Assembly (NCBI RefSeq): GCF_018977255.1
Contig: NW_024704742.1
Span: 38,194,001 to 38,258,000, forward strand
Reading direction: 5' to 3'
DNA length: 64,000 nt
From: Callorhinchus milii
Lineage: Eukaryota
Under the pieces are notes generated by a model. The model made no database searches, was not told the origin of the DNA, and was given only the letters and a program-made list of their open reading frames with translations. Below, one piece after another: positions 12,183 through 25,075 of the stretch. How positions within the stretch are numbered: position 1 is the stretch's first letter; every line of letters starts with the position of its first letter. A program made the position numbers and the translations under genes.

Positions 12183-13455
12183 GCTGCCAGAAGCTTCTCA
12201 GCAGTGCAACTGCACTTTTTCAAAGTATGCAGTACCTTTTTCAGACTAGAGAGCACTGTGCCCACTGGGAAATATGAAATAAGAAACAGTAGGGAAAAAT
12301 ATTTTTCTATTTTCAGGATCAGTTAATGCACACTGGAGCTGAAATAAGTAAACGTTTGCACAGAATTTTAAGTTTTAACTGCCCCCCTATAGCTCAGTCA
12401 TTATTGATCTTATGTGAATTCCTGGTACTAAAACCACTTTGATGTGAATTTTGACAAAAGTTTCAAAAATATTCAAAGCTAAGGTTTCTGTGTCTAAACT
12501 AAATTGACACATTTATGGCAAGTTCATGGTTTCCCATAAAATGGCACAAAGTTTCACATAAAAGGACAAACTATTTTCTACAAACAACAGTGACATGCCA
12601 CTTTAGACAGTTAATTGATTTTAAATATTAAATTTACAAAATGATACACAGAATTCACATAAAACCAACCATCTCCTCCTGAAAAAAATAAACTTAAATG
12701 GCTCTTGCTTCAGACCCAAAGAAAATACAGCATGTCTTTCAAATAGTATCTGAAATAAAATTCAAAAGTGCCATATTCATTACAAAATAAATCTCCACAG
12801 CATGTTAGCAGTGTAAACAGTCTCTTCTCATGTTCATAACCAAAATCTCCCAGCATTTCTAGCTTTTGGGGCAGTTTGCAAGCAGCTTTGCCACCTGAGA
12901 AAATTTGCTTATTCACTTGACAAAATTTATGTGTTAACATCACGCACACACAACCTAAATACACTGAAGAGTTATGCAAACACTCCTCTCCAAAACTCTC
13001 TTCAGCAAAGGTTAGGGTGTATAAGACAACATGCAGATTACTCAAAACATTAGATTTCTAAACACAGGAAACTGCAGATTGAAATTAGACAGTAACAATT
13101 AGGCTGTGAAACTGAATGCATCTCACAGTGAAATGTGGACTCAACAGGGAGAACAGGTGGCACAAAAACACATTTCAAGATTTAGAAACAGATGCAATCA
13201 TACTGACAACCACTAGAGAAATGTTTAAAATCGCTACAACTTTTTTTTTGTTCCAGGTTTTTTGGGGTCTTTTAATTTTTTTGATATTCTTTTTTTAATA
13301 CTTTTTATTAGTGCTTGAATAAATGGTTAGACTAAAATTAGCAGCATGAAAAGGTTTGGCTCACTTCATTTCAGCCTGGTAAGGTAATGCATGCCCTTCA
13401 ACACTTTAACTCCCTGCAATAATAGCCCAAGTCTTGTACTTTAACCACTGCCGAG

Positions 13456-13911
13456 TTAGATGACTGTGACAGGCTGAAGTGGAGGACAGGGAGAGGTACT
13501 ACCCTCTTGAAGCTGCAGATTTGGGCCATAGCTAGAGGTTACAGTATCCATCCCTGTAATTTCCTGACCGCCATCCTCATTGTACAAGCGCTTTATGCCA
13601 TCATAGAAATCATCCACTTCCATCTCTTCTACTTTACGTTTTGCTGAGGCCTGCTTGCAGCCATAGGAACTACTCGGGCGTCGGTAGGGTGCAGCTGTAC
13701 TGGCTATCTTCTTGGCGTTGTCCTTGACATTAGCAAACTCTGGTTCTGTGGTAGGGGAGGAATAAAGCCGAAGCATTCCTCTACCACAATGAACCATGGT
13801 TTGCTTGCGGGGATTGTAGATGTACACCGCATTGGGGGGTAGGGAAGCTGGAAATGTGGACAGGCAACCTGCTACAAGCTCTCGACAGCGAATCAGCTGT
13901 GCGCTATCAAT
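13456..13911 (-). CDS. CCNI: Cyclin I, last coding exon (IDSAQLIRCRELVA...KRKVEEMEVDDFYDGIKRLYNED...PPLQPVTVI*)
   Basis: TTTCAG acceptor; diagnostic cyclin I C-terminal motif KRKVEEMEVDDFYDGIKRLYNED; TAA stop. Confidence 0.96.
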   Translation of the reverse strand: MDSAQLIRCRELVAGCLSTFPASLPPNAVYIYNPRKQTMVHCGRGMLRLYSSPTTEPEFANVKDNAKKIASTAAPYRRPSSSYGCKQASAKRKVEEMEVDDFYDGIKRLYNEDGGQEITGMDTVTSSYGPNLQLQEGSTSPCPPLQPVTVI

Positions 13912-14698
13912 CTGAAAAATACAAGAACATGCATTTTTTTTAGTTGTAATAAGTTGTAAGGACATGAACAAAATATCTGGGTATCTGAGGCTCCTACAAT
14001 TTAACTCTTAAGACAGGATATTAAAACTGCAACAATTTTATATTTAATGTCATTGCATTTTTTCTCATTTCTAGGAAATTTCAACAGCTTGAATATTGAA
14101 CCCTTGTGGAGTAGCAGTGAACATCTGAAAGCCATTTGCTCCCAAATGTTCAATATGCTGCAACATTAATTCTAAGAAATGCACCTGACATTGAACCAGC
14201 CAAATAGTTCTATTTCAATACAGTACACTCTTAATGTTGTGTCCTTTAATAATGCCAGGATTTGAACACGAGCTATTTACATTGAATACAGACTCAGGGT
14301 GAAAATTCCGAATAAACATGAAGTCACATAGAGATTCCCAAGTGTCAAAGTGCAGCTCCTGCTCGTAACCAGAAGCCTGCAGAACCTCCGCTCCAGAATG
14401 TGGCATCCTTTGGACGTCCTACAGATCAGGGGGAAACTCTAGGTTACCCAAAGGAGTCACTATTATTTTGGCTTCCTCCTACAACTACCACATTTTTGCC
14501 CCTACTATCTGCTCTGCTCCCATTTTTCCATATGTGCTGTGACTATGACTAGAGAGAGGACTCCATCAAGCTACCAGTTTACCATTTAAGTACGTGTTAA
14601 CAAAAATGGTCTACATATAACCTGACATTTTAAACAGGTGGTCGCGACAGGAACTGGACTTAAAACTATCGACATTAGATCAGGTAATTAGCTCATAC

Positions 14699-14929
14699 CT
14701 TTGCTTTTTTCAGAAGATCAATAGTGAGAGCGAGCCAATCAGGAATTGATGTTTCCAGCTCCAGACTGATAATGGCCAGTGCAAGTGTGGAGCCTTTAAA
14801 CTGCAGAAGCTGGTGACAGGCCACACACTGATGTAGCTGCCGGATAAGGAGTGCAACATGTTGGGATGGGTTCATCTTAGGTAGGCTGCTGAGTATCTGG
14901 GGACGGCTGGACATCATCATCGCATGAAA
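14699..14929 (-). CDS. CCNI: Cyclin I coding exon 5 ([11 protein letters not shown]...IDLLKKAK), 231 nt
   Basis: AG/GT boundaries, phase 0, homology to cyclin I ([30 protein letters not shown]). Confidence 0.95.
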
Positions 14930-16781
14930 CTAAACAAAAATTAAAGCAAGTTAACACCAAATTGGACAATCTGCATGTTTCCCTCTGAAGGAGCTCTGAA
15001 TCTTCCTTATACTTACTGGGATACAGCTCCACAGGAGCCAATTTTTCTACAGGATTCTATCAGAAAGCTCGACATTCACATCAGCTATAATCCTGGTGGA
15101 CTATTTGATGAGGTAGCATCATAACAAAGCCACCCCACCACCCCCCCCCCTCAACAGACTACTACACAAATATCTCTTGCAAGAGTTTCAGAATAGAAAT
15201 TGGGCAGTCAGCCTGGTTGATTTGCCCCTCCCCTGCCCAAGGATGCTGAGGCCTTCAGTAGAACTGAAATATGGTATTTCTGCAAAAGAATCTCCAACTT
15301 TTCTAGTTTGCATGGAATCTCAGCTCTGATAGTTCAGAGATAGTCTTACTCTAGTCCCCTTTGTCAAGATTAACATATTAAGGCTACATTAACATTTTAA
15401 CACTCATATATCCCAATAGGTAGAATTCCAACCCAATTTCCTTCCTGTCTCTGGCCTTGGCTTTCCCACCCCTGACAATGACCTTCTCAAGTCCAGCCAC
15501 CTTGGCTTCTCTGGTGTGTTTGGCATTCTGCCAGCTGCCACAGTCAGTTGCCAGAACAGTCCTGTCTAATAATTTCTTGCATTCTTTCACTGAACCAGAG
15601 GGATCAGGAGTAGCATTGAATTCCAATGCTGCCAAGTGACAAGAGGAAGCCAGGCGTAAGGAGATTTTCATTGATGGTCTGGGATTTTCACAAAATGCCC
15701 TGAACTTTTCAAACGTAATTTGACTCACTTTTGACAACTGAAATAGATGAAAATGTTTTGGGCTGAAATGTATGCACACCTCATTATTCAGGTTTCAAAC
15801 TGTCCATTCTGTATAGGTTTACACACAGTTCCCCCACCCCCTTCCCCAACACACACACACACTCATTTTGAATTAACCACAACAGTTTTAACATGGATTG
15901 TACTACAGTTAAAATGGGAATCCATCAGAGACTGGTACAGAGTCAACTCTATAAACTTTTAAATGAATGAAATAACAGTAAGTGGAAACTAGATGGTGCA
16001 ATATCCACCCGTTGTATGAAGCCCAACTTCAGCTGCCCTGCGTGTAAGGTGTTGACACCGTATGGCAATAGGGAGATGAGTAAAAATCACAGATGGCATT
16101 TCTTCACTAGTCACCCTCCTGTGCGTTTGGGAGTGCAGAATACCATTTGGGACTTTAAGGACAAGAAGGAAAACCACCAGTTGATATCTGAACATAATTG
16201 TCTATTTTTTATTAATTAAAGCCTAGCATTTAAACATAACACAATCTGAGCTAAGATGTGTGCAATCGTTGCTGGATGAAGGTAAAGCACTTCCCAGGAA
16301 GGAAGGAAACGTACTTACAATGCGTCAACTTACATCAAATGACTTGCACGTATTCTAGCAGTTGGTTACAGAGCTGTATACAACTGAGACTCCTGTCTAA
16401 TTTTTTGACTAGGAAATTACAAGATCACAGGATTGGTTTGGATCAAGAAGGCCCTTCGGCCCATTTGATCTCGATCTTTCTAGAACACCCACCCTCCAGT
16501 CTCCCCATTACAGCATCAAACTATATACCAGTGTCCTGGTCTTAACCACCCAACCGTTCCAGTTATGAATTACTGTTTGGGTAAAGAAAAACTTCCTGAT
16601 ATCTGTCCTGAAATTGCCCTAAACCTACTGTGTCGGTGCATCCAATAATATTGTTCTGGGTTTACTTTTTCAATCCCATTTAAACTTTCTGAGCAGCCAA
16701 ATCTTTGCTAAAGTGCTTGCATGTAAATTACAGACAATTGTGCATTTTAAAACACATCATCTTGGGAAAAAAACTATTTAC

Positions 16782-16922
16782 AATGTGAAGGAAGTCCAAA
16801 GGAGTTGACGTGTGCAGATCCCAGTTCAATTTATCCAGTATAATTCTTTCCATTCTGAGAATATCAGCAGAAGAACAACCACAATTGCTGTTCTTCACCA
16901 TGTCCTTCAGAGATGGAATGTT
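16782..16922 (-). CDS. CCNI: Cyclin I coding exon 4 ([10 protein letters not shown]...[27 protein letters not shown]), 141 nt
   Basis: CTGCAG acceptor, GTAAAT donor; end of the cyclin box. Confidence 0.95.
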
Positions 16923-17552
16923 CTGCAGGGTGGAGATAAAAAAACAAAATTCAAGTAATTATGGATTGGACAAGCGTTGATCTAGAACAAATCCACGTTA
17001 CTGGGTATATTGGCTAAGTACACAAGAGGTGCTTTCACAAGATTTGGGGGTATCTTTAAAGTATTTTGAATTTAAGGACCCTTCCCACTCAAATACGATG
17101 CCACAATGGGACACATTTTCTGGACTAACTGAAAACAAAATATTAAATGTGTTGTGGTGAAAGTTATTTTCACATGTTTAATTGATCATAAATTGTTTAT
17201 AAATACGCATTATAAATAAAAACATAAACATCATGCAGTCAGTATCACTCATTATACAAAATATACACAATATCCTTGATCTTTTAGATAGCTTGCTCTT
17301 CTTCCAAAACTTGAAGGGATTACTGGCTTAAAAGCAGCTTCAGGTCTGGGAAACACAGCTGTAAGGTTCTCCTCAAAATCTTAAAAATGGCTCTTTAGGA
17401 TCAGTTGAGGAATCAAATTACAATGGGACGAGGCTTGAATATACTCAAAATAAAGGAAAGTTTACACACTAAAAAGGGTTACTGCTAAGTATATCAAAAT
17501 CCTTCCAATATGCATTAAACTCGTGCATCGACAGTTAAACCACACAAGGCTT

Positions 17553-17858
17553 GGAGTCCTGTAGCTCAGTGGTTAGAGCACTCGCCTTGCAAGCGAGAAC
17601 CTGGGTTCAATTCCAGGCAGAAACCTTGGGCAAGTTTCCTTACTCCACACGCCTAATAATAATCCCTCCAAAACAAAACAATAATAAATTGGTCATTTTC
17701 AATCCACGACTGTTTGTGGGACACTGCTGTGCGCAATTGGCTGCCGCGTTCACCCACAAATATACGCTCATTCACCTTACAGCATATTCTGTGAAGCGCT
17801 TTGAGTCGTCTCAAAGACGTGAAATGCGCTATATCAAATGCAAGGATTATTATTATTA
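17553..17858 (+). mobile_element. tRNA-derived SINE
   Basis: GGAGTCCTGTAGCTCAGTGGTTAGAGCACTCGCC head, B box GGTTCAATTCC, conserved core, (TTA)n tail. Confidence 0.9.
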
Positions 17859-17911
17859 AGGCATTATTCATATTAACTAATTATCTTAAAAAGTACTGCA
17901 ATAAGTGAAAT

Positions 17912-18170
17912 CAGGAGGCAGTTTTTCATCGAAAGGCTAGTGAAAATCTGGAACTCTCTTCCCCCAAAAGACTGTGGATGCTGTATCCATTCACATTTTC
18001 AAGATGGAGGTAGAAGAATATTGTTAGGTCAGGGAATTAAGGGATATGGGGCAACGGCGGGTACTGGACTTGGAAGTATAGATCAGCCATGATCTTATAA
18101 AATGACAGAACAGGCTCAAGGGGCTGAATAGCCTACTCCTGTTTCTATGTCTGTATCTATGTACCTATGT
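17912..18170 (+). mobile_element. CR1-type LINE 3' end
   Basis: Typical CR1 3' region 'ctggaactctcttccc...gatcagccatgatctt...aggggctgaatagcctactcctgtttctatg' with a short tandem tail. Confidence 0.7.
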
Positions 18171-18584
18171 AAAAAAGTGTGAAGTGCTAAGCTATATATT
18201 TTTTAAGTCAGTCAGGTTCTGACACGTAGTCTCCAAACTAAAATACTGAGAGTTCTAGATATGTACAGTTTCTGTTTGTTTGTTATTGATGCTTCATGCG
18301 CTATTCCACAGAGTAGTAAGTGTAGTCCACAGCTCTATAGATACTACATTACCATCTCTGCTGTAAAGTCAGAAAACACAAAATAGAAAAGCCAAAATTA
18401 AACGCACACACATTGTGATTTTGAATGTAGAGTGGAATTAGCAGACAGAGTAACAAGTCACCCTCAGTTTGGGGAATTGCATGCAGCATGTTTGCTTTAT
18501 GAAGGGTACAGAAAGGTTAGAGAAGAGAAAGGAAATAAACTTTCGGCCACGATTTTTTGAAAAAAATATATTTTTTTTACCAAC

Positions 18585-18659
18585 CTCATCTTCTTCGTTG
18601 GTTTTAGCTGCTAGGAAGAAACCACTAACAGCTATGCAACGCAGATACTTTGGACGGGC
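18585..18659 (-). CDS. CCNI: Cyclin I coding exon 3 (ARPKYLRCIAVSGFFLAAKTNEEDE), 75 nt
   Basis: TTTCAG acceptor, GT donor; cyclin-box FLAAK..EEDE motif. Confidence 0.95.
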
Positions 18660-19375
18660 CTGAAAATATATCGTTTTTTTTAAAAATCATTTAAAAATTT
18701 TAAATGAAAAGATTAATAAGCACATAGTTAAAATCCTTCAACTCCAAGGAATCAAGTAGTCTTGGGCATTTAGGCTCAAGAGTAGCTCTAGAATCTTAAA
18801 ATCTTCCAATCTTAAAATCTTGTATATTTTCGCCCACAAAATATATAGTCAATTCACTTTACAGTATATTCTGTGAAGAGCTTTGAGTCTTGAAGACGTG
18901 ATAAAGCGCTATATCAAATGCAAGGATTAATATTATTATTAATGGCCCAATTCCATACTTAATGAATGAAACATTATATGGCAAATCCTGTTGATTTCCA
19001 GGTTTGGGTTTCACACACGTGTGCAGAACACACAACTCCAATGTGTTACGGTTAGGACGTGAAAAGTACTGTACAAATGTAATTTGTTGTTGTAGTAATT
19101 AATATGACATCATACATTCCAAGTATGTGTGGATCCTTTTTGGACAGTTTTTCCTCCAATTGGCACTCTCTAAACAATGTTGGCACTATCTAAACTGACA
19201 GAAACGACACGATTTCAGCATGAAATAAAGCTGAATAACCAATATATCACCCATGGTGTAAACATGTCTCAAATGACTTTATTGGAAAATTTTCAGCTAA
19301 GCACAAGGAAGTGAATGACAGAAAATAGCTCTTTCAAACACAGCTCATGTTAAATAAAACTTCAAACAATCTTAC

Positions 19376-19510
19376 CTTTACCAGAGCTAAAAACCGGTCC
19401 AAAATAGTGATGGCAAGGGAAAAGGTTTCTGGATAAAAGTAAAACTTGTTGTTGAGTTCAACCAGCCATCGAATCACCTCATCCCTGTGTGCTGGAGAAA
19501 CATCTATATC
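19376..19510 (-). CDS. CCNI: Cyclin I coding exon 2 (DIDVSPAHRDEVIRWL...YPETFSLAITILDRFLALVK), 135 nt
   Basis: CTGTAG acceptor, GTAAG donor; cyclin-box start RDEVI.WL and ETF.LA...LDRFL. Confidence 0.95.
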
Positions 19511-22500
19511 CTACAGAAATAAAAACAATCGTTATATACAATTGACTAACACAAATAAAAAGCTGCAAATACTAACAAGGCTGACCAATAATTAAGCAAA
19601 AAATATACACAGAGCATTTTTTCTCAGAATAGACTCAAACCCAATTCAGAACCATAAAAAAACTACACACAGGATGAACAGTGGTTCCCTCATGATTGTA
19701 GAACTATACCATACTGTACAAGGCTCCTGGTTTGCATTCCAGTCTATAGTGCGTCATCTGATCAGTCAGTGCTCTACAAGCGCTCTGAAACACTACCCTG
19801 CATAAGGGGCACTATATAAATGTAAGTTGTTGGACTCGTGGTCCATGGGTTTCGGTGAGTAAATCAATCAAACATCCCAGTTTTGCACATTATGCAGTTT
19901 TTTTGCTAGAATGCCTGTGGACGCCAGTGAAAACAGCGAGTACATTTCCAAAATAAAAAAGCGTCATTAACTTGCTCACAGCAGGAAGGAGAACCATAAA
20001 AAAATTACACACAGGATGAACAGTGGTTCCTCATGATTGTAGAATTGTAGATTGTAGAACTATACCATATTCAGCGATTGCTGCCCTCTGCAGCAGACTA
20101 TCTGAACTGTTTCTACTTGAATTGCAGTGAAAATCTACAGCTCCAGGCTAACTTTTATATTCTTGATCCTTGGAAAGGGTTCCAATTTACAAGATTATCC
20201 CTATTAAGATACTTTAGTTGAGATCAATCCTGTTACATGAATTTTTACCAAAGATCTGATCCCTTCAAATCATCAGTTTACTCTGAGCTGAGTTCAAGTA
20301 GTGGTGGTGACTAATTAAGCCAGTGCCTTATTATCCAGGGTTTACTGTATTTATGCCAAAGAAATTATGGGAATGCTGATTTATGGTTCTTCCCACCTTG
20401 TAAAATACTCAAGCTGGCACGTACATTTACTCCTTCCTGTTGTGAACAAGTTAATAACCCTTTTTCATTATAGAAATGTACTCGAGCTTCAAAAATAAAA
20501 GTGCAGTATTTTGGCATAAATACAGTAAACTTTACTCTAGACCTTGAGTACAACAGATTGTTGAAATACAATACAGGAGCTTTAAAGATGATTTTAATAA
20601 AAGGCAACTTCCTTCTGTGACTAAGTATTGCCCATTCTCAGCCAAGTCACAGGATGGAATACAGCAAATTAGAGAAGCAGATCTCAGGAAGAAAATAATA
20701 GTGGCAACATAAGTGTTATTTCAGAGATACACCACCACCTACCATGCCAAATGGCAGCACATGCAGTGTTCATAGAAAAGTGTGCCCAGAACACTTCCTT
20801 TCCAGGTGAAGCAAAATGCATTTACGGGGAACCAAGGACAGAGAAAATAAGAAAATAATAATAGTTTAAAAGCTGAAGAAATTACATTAATATAATTGAA
20901 ACAATCACTGTAAAACCTTCATGCAGACTTTTTTTTAACAACCTGCAAATATGAAATGAACCCCACACACCATATTTTGCAGTGCCAACATGACATTTGT
21001 GTAACTCAAACAAACTTGTACTCAAAAAGGAAATGAGCATCCCTCTCCCATCTGCCATTCATAAGGGTTCCTCCATGTATTATCAATAATAAAACACAGA
21101 TATCAGATTTGCATGTAATCTCAATAAATTAATTGTCCATTTGGTCATAGTATAACCTCCAAACAACAATCATGGGAATCCAAGCACCCTCCAGCTTTGT
21201 CATCCTATCTTTCCCTTAATGCTTATTCAACAGAAGCTTTGCTTAGTGTGTCTCAACCTGCCAAGATCACATTTCAACAGTGGCGAGAAACATAATTCTG
21301 CTTTCTACACAGCCATCTTTCTCGTAACAAATTACAACGAAAAGTAATTGCATTTCACAACCCTAACTCCTGGCTGTAAAGGAGAAACCTGCACTGGAAT
21401 TCTACTGCACACATATCGTCTCTGTTGACTTCTCAACAAAGAAAGGAATTTGAATGAGTGCCAACTGGGAACTAATAATTTGCTTCTTAAATTGGCACTG
21501 CACAAAATGAGGTTAATCGACATGTTAATCTGAATAACTCAGTCCAACAGCTTTTTATTAAATACCATCTAATGAAGGAGTCTTTCAGCACAGGAGTTTC
21601 ATTCTAAGACAGAAAATGTAACCTACTGCATTAATATACTTCGGAAGAGTGGAAACATTCATGACCAGTCTTCCTACATCCTGTGCCTATTATACCACCA
21701 AAAGAAACTGAAAACATTTATATTACCTCTGAGACATTTGTGGGGCATTAATAAAAATAAAGCCAAAATGAAGAATTTCTTTCTATAATGCCCATACACA
21801 CCTTAGTCTTGGGAAAGTGAAGATGAATTTCCATATACACAAGGAAGGGATGGTGAAGGGAAACTAGAATATTATGGGTACTACTTTACTGCAATTATTT
21901 TTTTTTACAGAAACACGTACTTCCAATGGTAAGATACATTTCCTTTCGCTCTAATACATTTTGAAATGATTGCATTTTCTTTGCCCTGTTTTGTCCCCTT
22001 CCCTCTTGAAGGCCTCGACTGTTACTGGAATAGAATTCCACAAGTGCGGCATTACTCCAGAATCTCACTTAAATAGAGGAAAACCCCGTTATAATGTTAG
22101 GCTGTTTCGTATAATGGGTCACACAGTTAAAATGGCTTCCGCAATAACAGTTCTTGTACAAAAAGTAAGCAAAGCAGACACTGCTGAAGTGACTTCCTGT
22201 GTGGTTTGCACAGCATGCAAGTGTGAAAGAGGCAATTTCCTGAAAAAGCGCCTGCAACAGACATCACTTCTTGTGCACTGCATATACATGTAGAAAGCAC
22301 AGTTGACTGAATTCCCTGTGCGCATGAAAGCTGGCAACCATGCTCACAAGTTCCACAGCAAACTCATTATAACCAAACTTGTGCAAAAGCTTAAGTAGGT
22401 TTCCCATCCAAATTAATTTTCTGCGTTTGAATCTAAACAGCAAATGTCAGCCATCCCAACTCAACTTGACCCTTCCTCAATCAGCGTCATCAGACATCAA

Positions 22501-23706
22501 CAATAGATCTATCTTAGGGATAGAAGTCCAGGTTGAATTTTCCTCTTCCTAGTTGTGGAACAGAGGTTCTCATCACTACCTCAGCTAAGAGGAGACATCA
22601 GCATGGATTTGGACTCAAATCTGGTTGACAACACCATCCATTTACATACAGTGCCACCAGGAAACCTAAATTATTTTTGAATAAAGAAAAACAACTTCAA
22701 TAAGAAGATCATCGAATCACTGAAAAACAACCAGAGCAAAAATAAGTCATTTGATCTACTGAATCTGTGCTGGTGTTTTTCTCCACGACCACCTAATCTA
22801 ATCCCATTTTTTGATGACTCCTCATACCTTTTGAAGTATCTATGTAATTCACGTAGAATTAATGCACTCTGCTTCAACAACAGATATTCCATTCATAAAA
22901 AAGCAGCTCGAGTTCTGCCATTCCAGGTCTCCAAGCCTGAATAACACACTCAACAAGATCATCTCCAGAATGCTGCAATTACAGTGGTTCACCATTAGTA
23001 TCCCATTAGTTATGGATTCTTATCCCACCACATTATCAGAACTGTTTTAGGAAGGAAATTTGCATTGAAAGCAATTCTCCATTATTGTTATTCTACATTA
23101 ATAAAATATTTATTCATCTTCTACCATATTATCAAAATTACAGTGCATTTCCACAGCAGCTGAACAGTTTAAGAAGTAAACTATATAGCTGAATTAAAAT
23201 GCTGATAAATCTCTTTGAAGTAACCATGATTTAAGAAGTACACAAACTTCTTGTTCCTTAAAACTAATTCACTGGGGGTGGGGGGGAGGGTTGAAACCAT
23301 GAAACATTCCATTCAAAATATTAAAAAGTTTCTAAGTATATTACCACGAGCTGAATCCGTTGCAGCTACACTTGCAACTAAAGGATCGAATATGGAATGT
23401 AGATTTCCGTGATATCACTCACAAACCATTTAACATACCATAAACACTGTACATCTTAAGCACCGATTATTGCGTTATTGGCAGACACACACACAGACAT
23501 TTCAGCTTTATTAGTATACTCTCTCGGAGGGTGTGTGATTACCTCTGTCACTACTTTGTTGCAGAATACCATACATACCTCATACTTTGGGGCTTAATTA
23601 AAGCATTTTTTAATACAGCTCATCAACGATAGGAGATTCCCCAAAACAAATATGCCCGGTACAAGAACAGACACACAGACAGACATTTTGTCTTTATTAG
23701 TATAGA

Positions 23707-23852
23707 TAATAATAATCCTTGCATTTGATATAGTGCGTTAGCACATCACTGAGATGTCTCAAAGCACTTCACAGAATATACTGTAAAGTGAATGGACTGT
23801 GTAGTTCATGGGCGAAATGCCAATTGCACACAGCAGAGTCCCACAAACAGTC
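23707..23852 (-). mobile_element. SINE 3' half
   Basis: Reverse complement of the SINE core and (TTA)n tail. Confidence 0.7.
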
Positions 23853-24316
23853 ATTAACCATTAAAGGATTCTGTGGTTGAAGCTTTGGAGTCATATTACT
23901 CATTTTCAGAACAACTGCTAAACGTTTAATGTTCCACTGGAAATGTACATCACACAGACATGAGAGTGCACACCCACTGAAAGTAGATCGTGTTTTTGAC
24001 ACGACTGGGATCATATCTGCAGTTCAGTGACCCTGCAATCAAAAACTGGCACAACCTTTTCCACAACACAGCTGGGTTATAGCTTCACCCAGACATTGCA
24101 AGCTGATCGCAGCTACTAAAGACTCTTTGCAAGTTTCAAGGTAGAATAAATATTTCCATCGTACGGCATCGTATCTGACCCAGCAAGGTGCCTTCAAATC
24201 AAGTGAACTTTTTAAAATCTACACCTACAGCCAGAAGACACCAATTCAAAGTCTAAGTTATGAGTTCTCTTTGTCTAGTTAGTACATAAAGAGAAATTGT
24301 GTAATGAGTATCTTAC

Positions 24317-24430
24317 CTGATCGGTTAGATTTTTTGGCACATACACCTTCCACATCTGTGCTTCCCTAGAGACTGTCTTCTCCAAAAGAAGTGACAGCCT
24401 CTGGCTCTCCAAGGGTCCTGAATACTTCAT
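24317..24430 (-). CDS. CCNI: Cyclin I first coding exon (MKYSGPLESQRLSLLLEKTVSREAQMWKVYVPKNLTDQ); exon spans 24317-24473 including 43 nt of leader
   Basis: GCCATGA start, GTAAG donor, TTACAG acceptor ending at 24474. Matches the vertebrate cyclin I N-terminus. The six exons join in frame to 383 aa. Confidence 0.95.
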
Positions 24431-24623
24431 GGCACCCCTTGGATCCACCAACCTCCCAAATGGATACAGCTACCTGTAATTGAAAGCAAAAAGGAATAAC
24501 GTGCTTTGGTTAGTAGGATATGTTTAACCTTAGTCAGATTAAAGACATTTCCTTATAATTTTCTTTTGGTTAGCCATGACTGACACGCTGAAACCCAACA
24601 CGCTTGAGTGTATCCAAACCAGA

Positions 24624-25075
24624 CAACAACAACAACAAGATTCCATTTATAAAGCGCCTTTCACGTCAGGAGGACGTCCCAAGGCGCTGCACAGTTGGGT
24701 CATGACCCGAGCAGGGGGGAAATGGTCAGGGTGAGGGGAGGGAAGGGAGTGAGCGAGGAGGGGGGAAATGGTCAGGGTGAGGGGAGGGAAGGGAGGGAGC
24801 AAGGAGGGGGGAAATGGTCAGGGGGAGGGAAGGGAGGGAGCGAGGAGGGGGTAGAGAGTCGAGAGGGGAGCTGAAGGCACGGTCAAAGAGAAAGGTCTTG
24901 AGACCGGCCTTGAAGGAGGAAAGGGAGGAGGCGGCGAAGGCACTGGGGGATGGAGTTCCAGAGCCTGGGGGCTGAGAGGCTGAAGGCCCGACCACCGATG
25001 GTAGGGCGGTTGGGGCGGGGGACGTGGAGCAGACCAGAGCCAGAGGAACGGAGGGTACGGGCAGGTAGGTAGGGG
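24624..25075 (-). mobile_element. L2-clade LINE 3' fragment
   Basis: FKAGLKTFLFDRAF motif and the family tail with (TTG)n. Confidence 0.85.

Noticed and set aside
13912..13971. ORF-track N-terminal extension of the last CCNI exon (MFMSLQL...)
   Set aside because: Intronic; the acceptor at 13913-13912 defines the exon start. The same applies to track extensions of COQ2 exons 2 and 5.
17553..17625. tRNA-like sequences (also at 9938, ~12050-12119, ~33775-33845, 32180)
   Set aside because: These are SINE heads continuing into SINE core and tail, not standalone tRNA genes.
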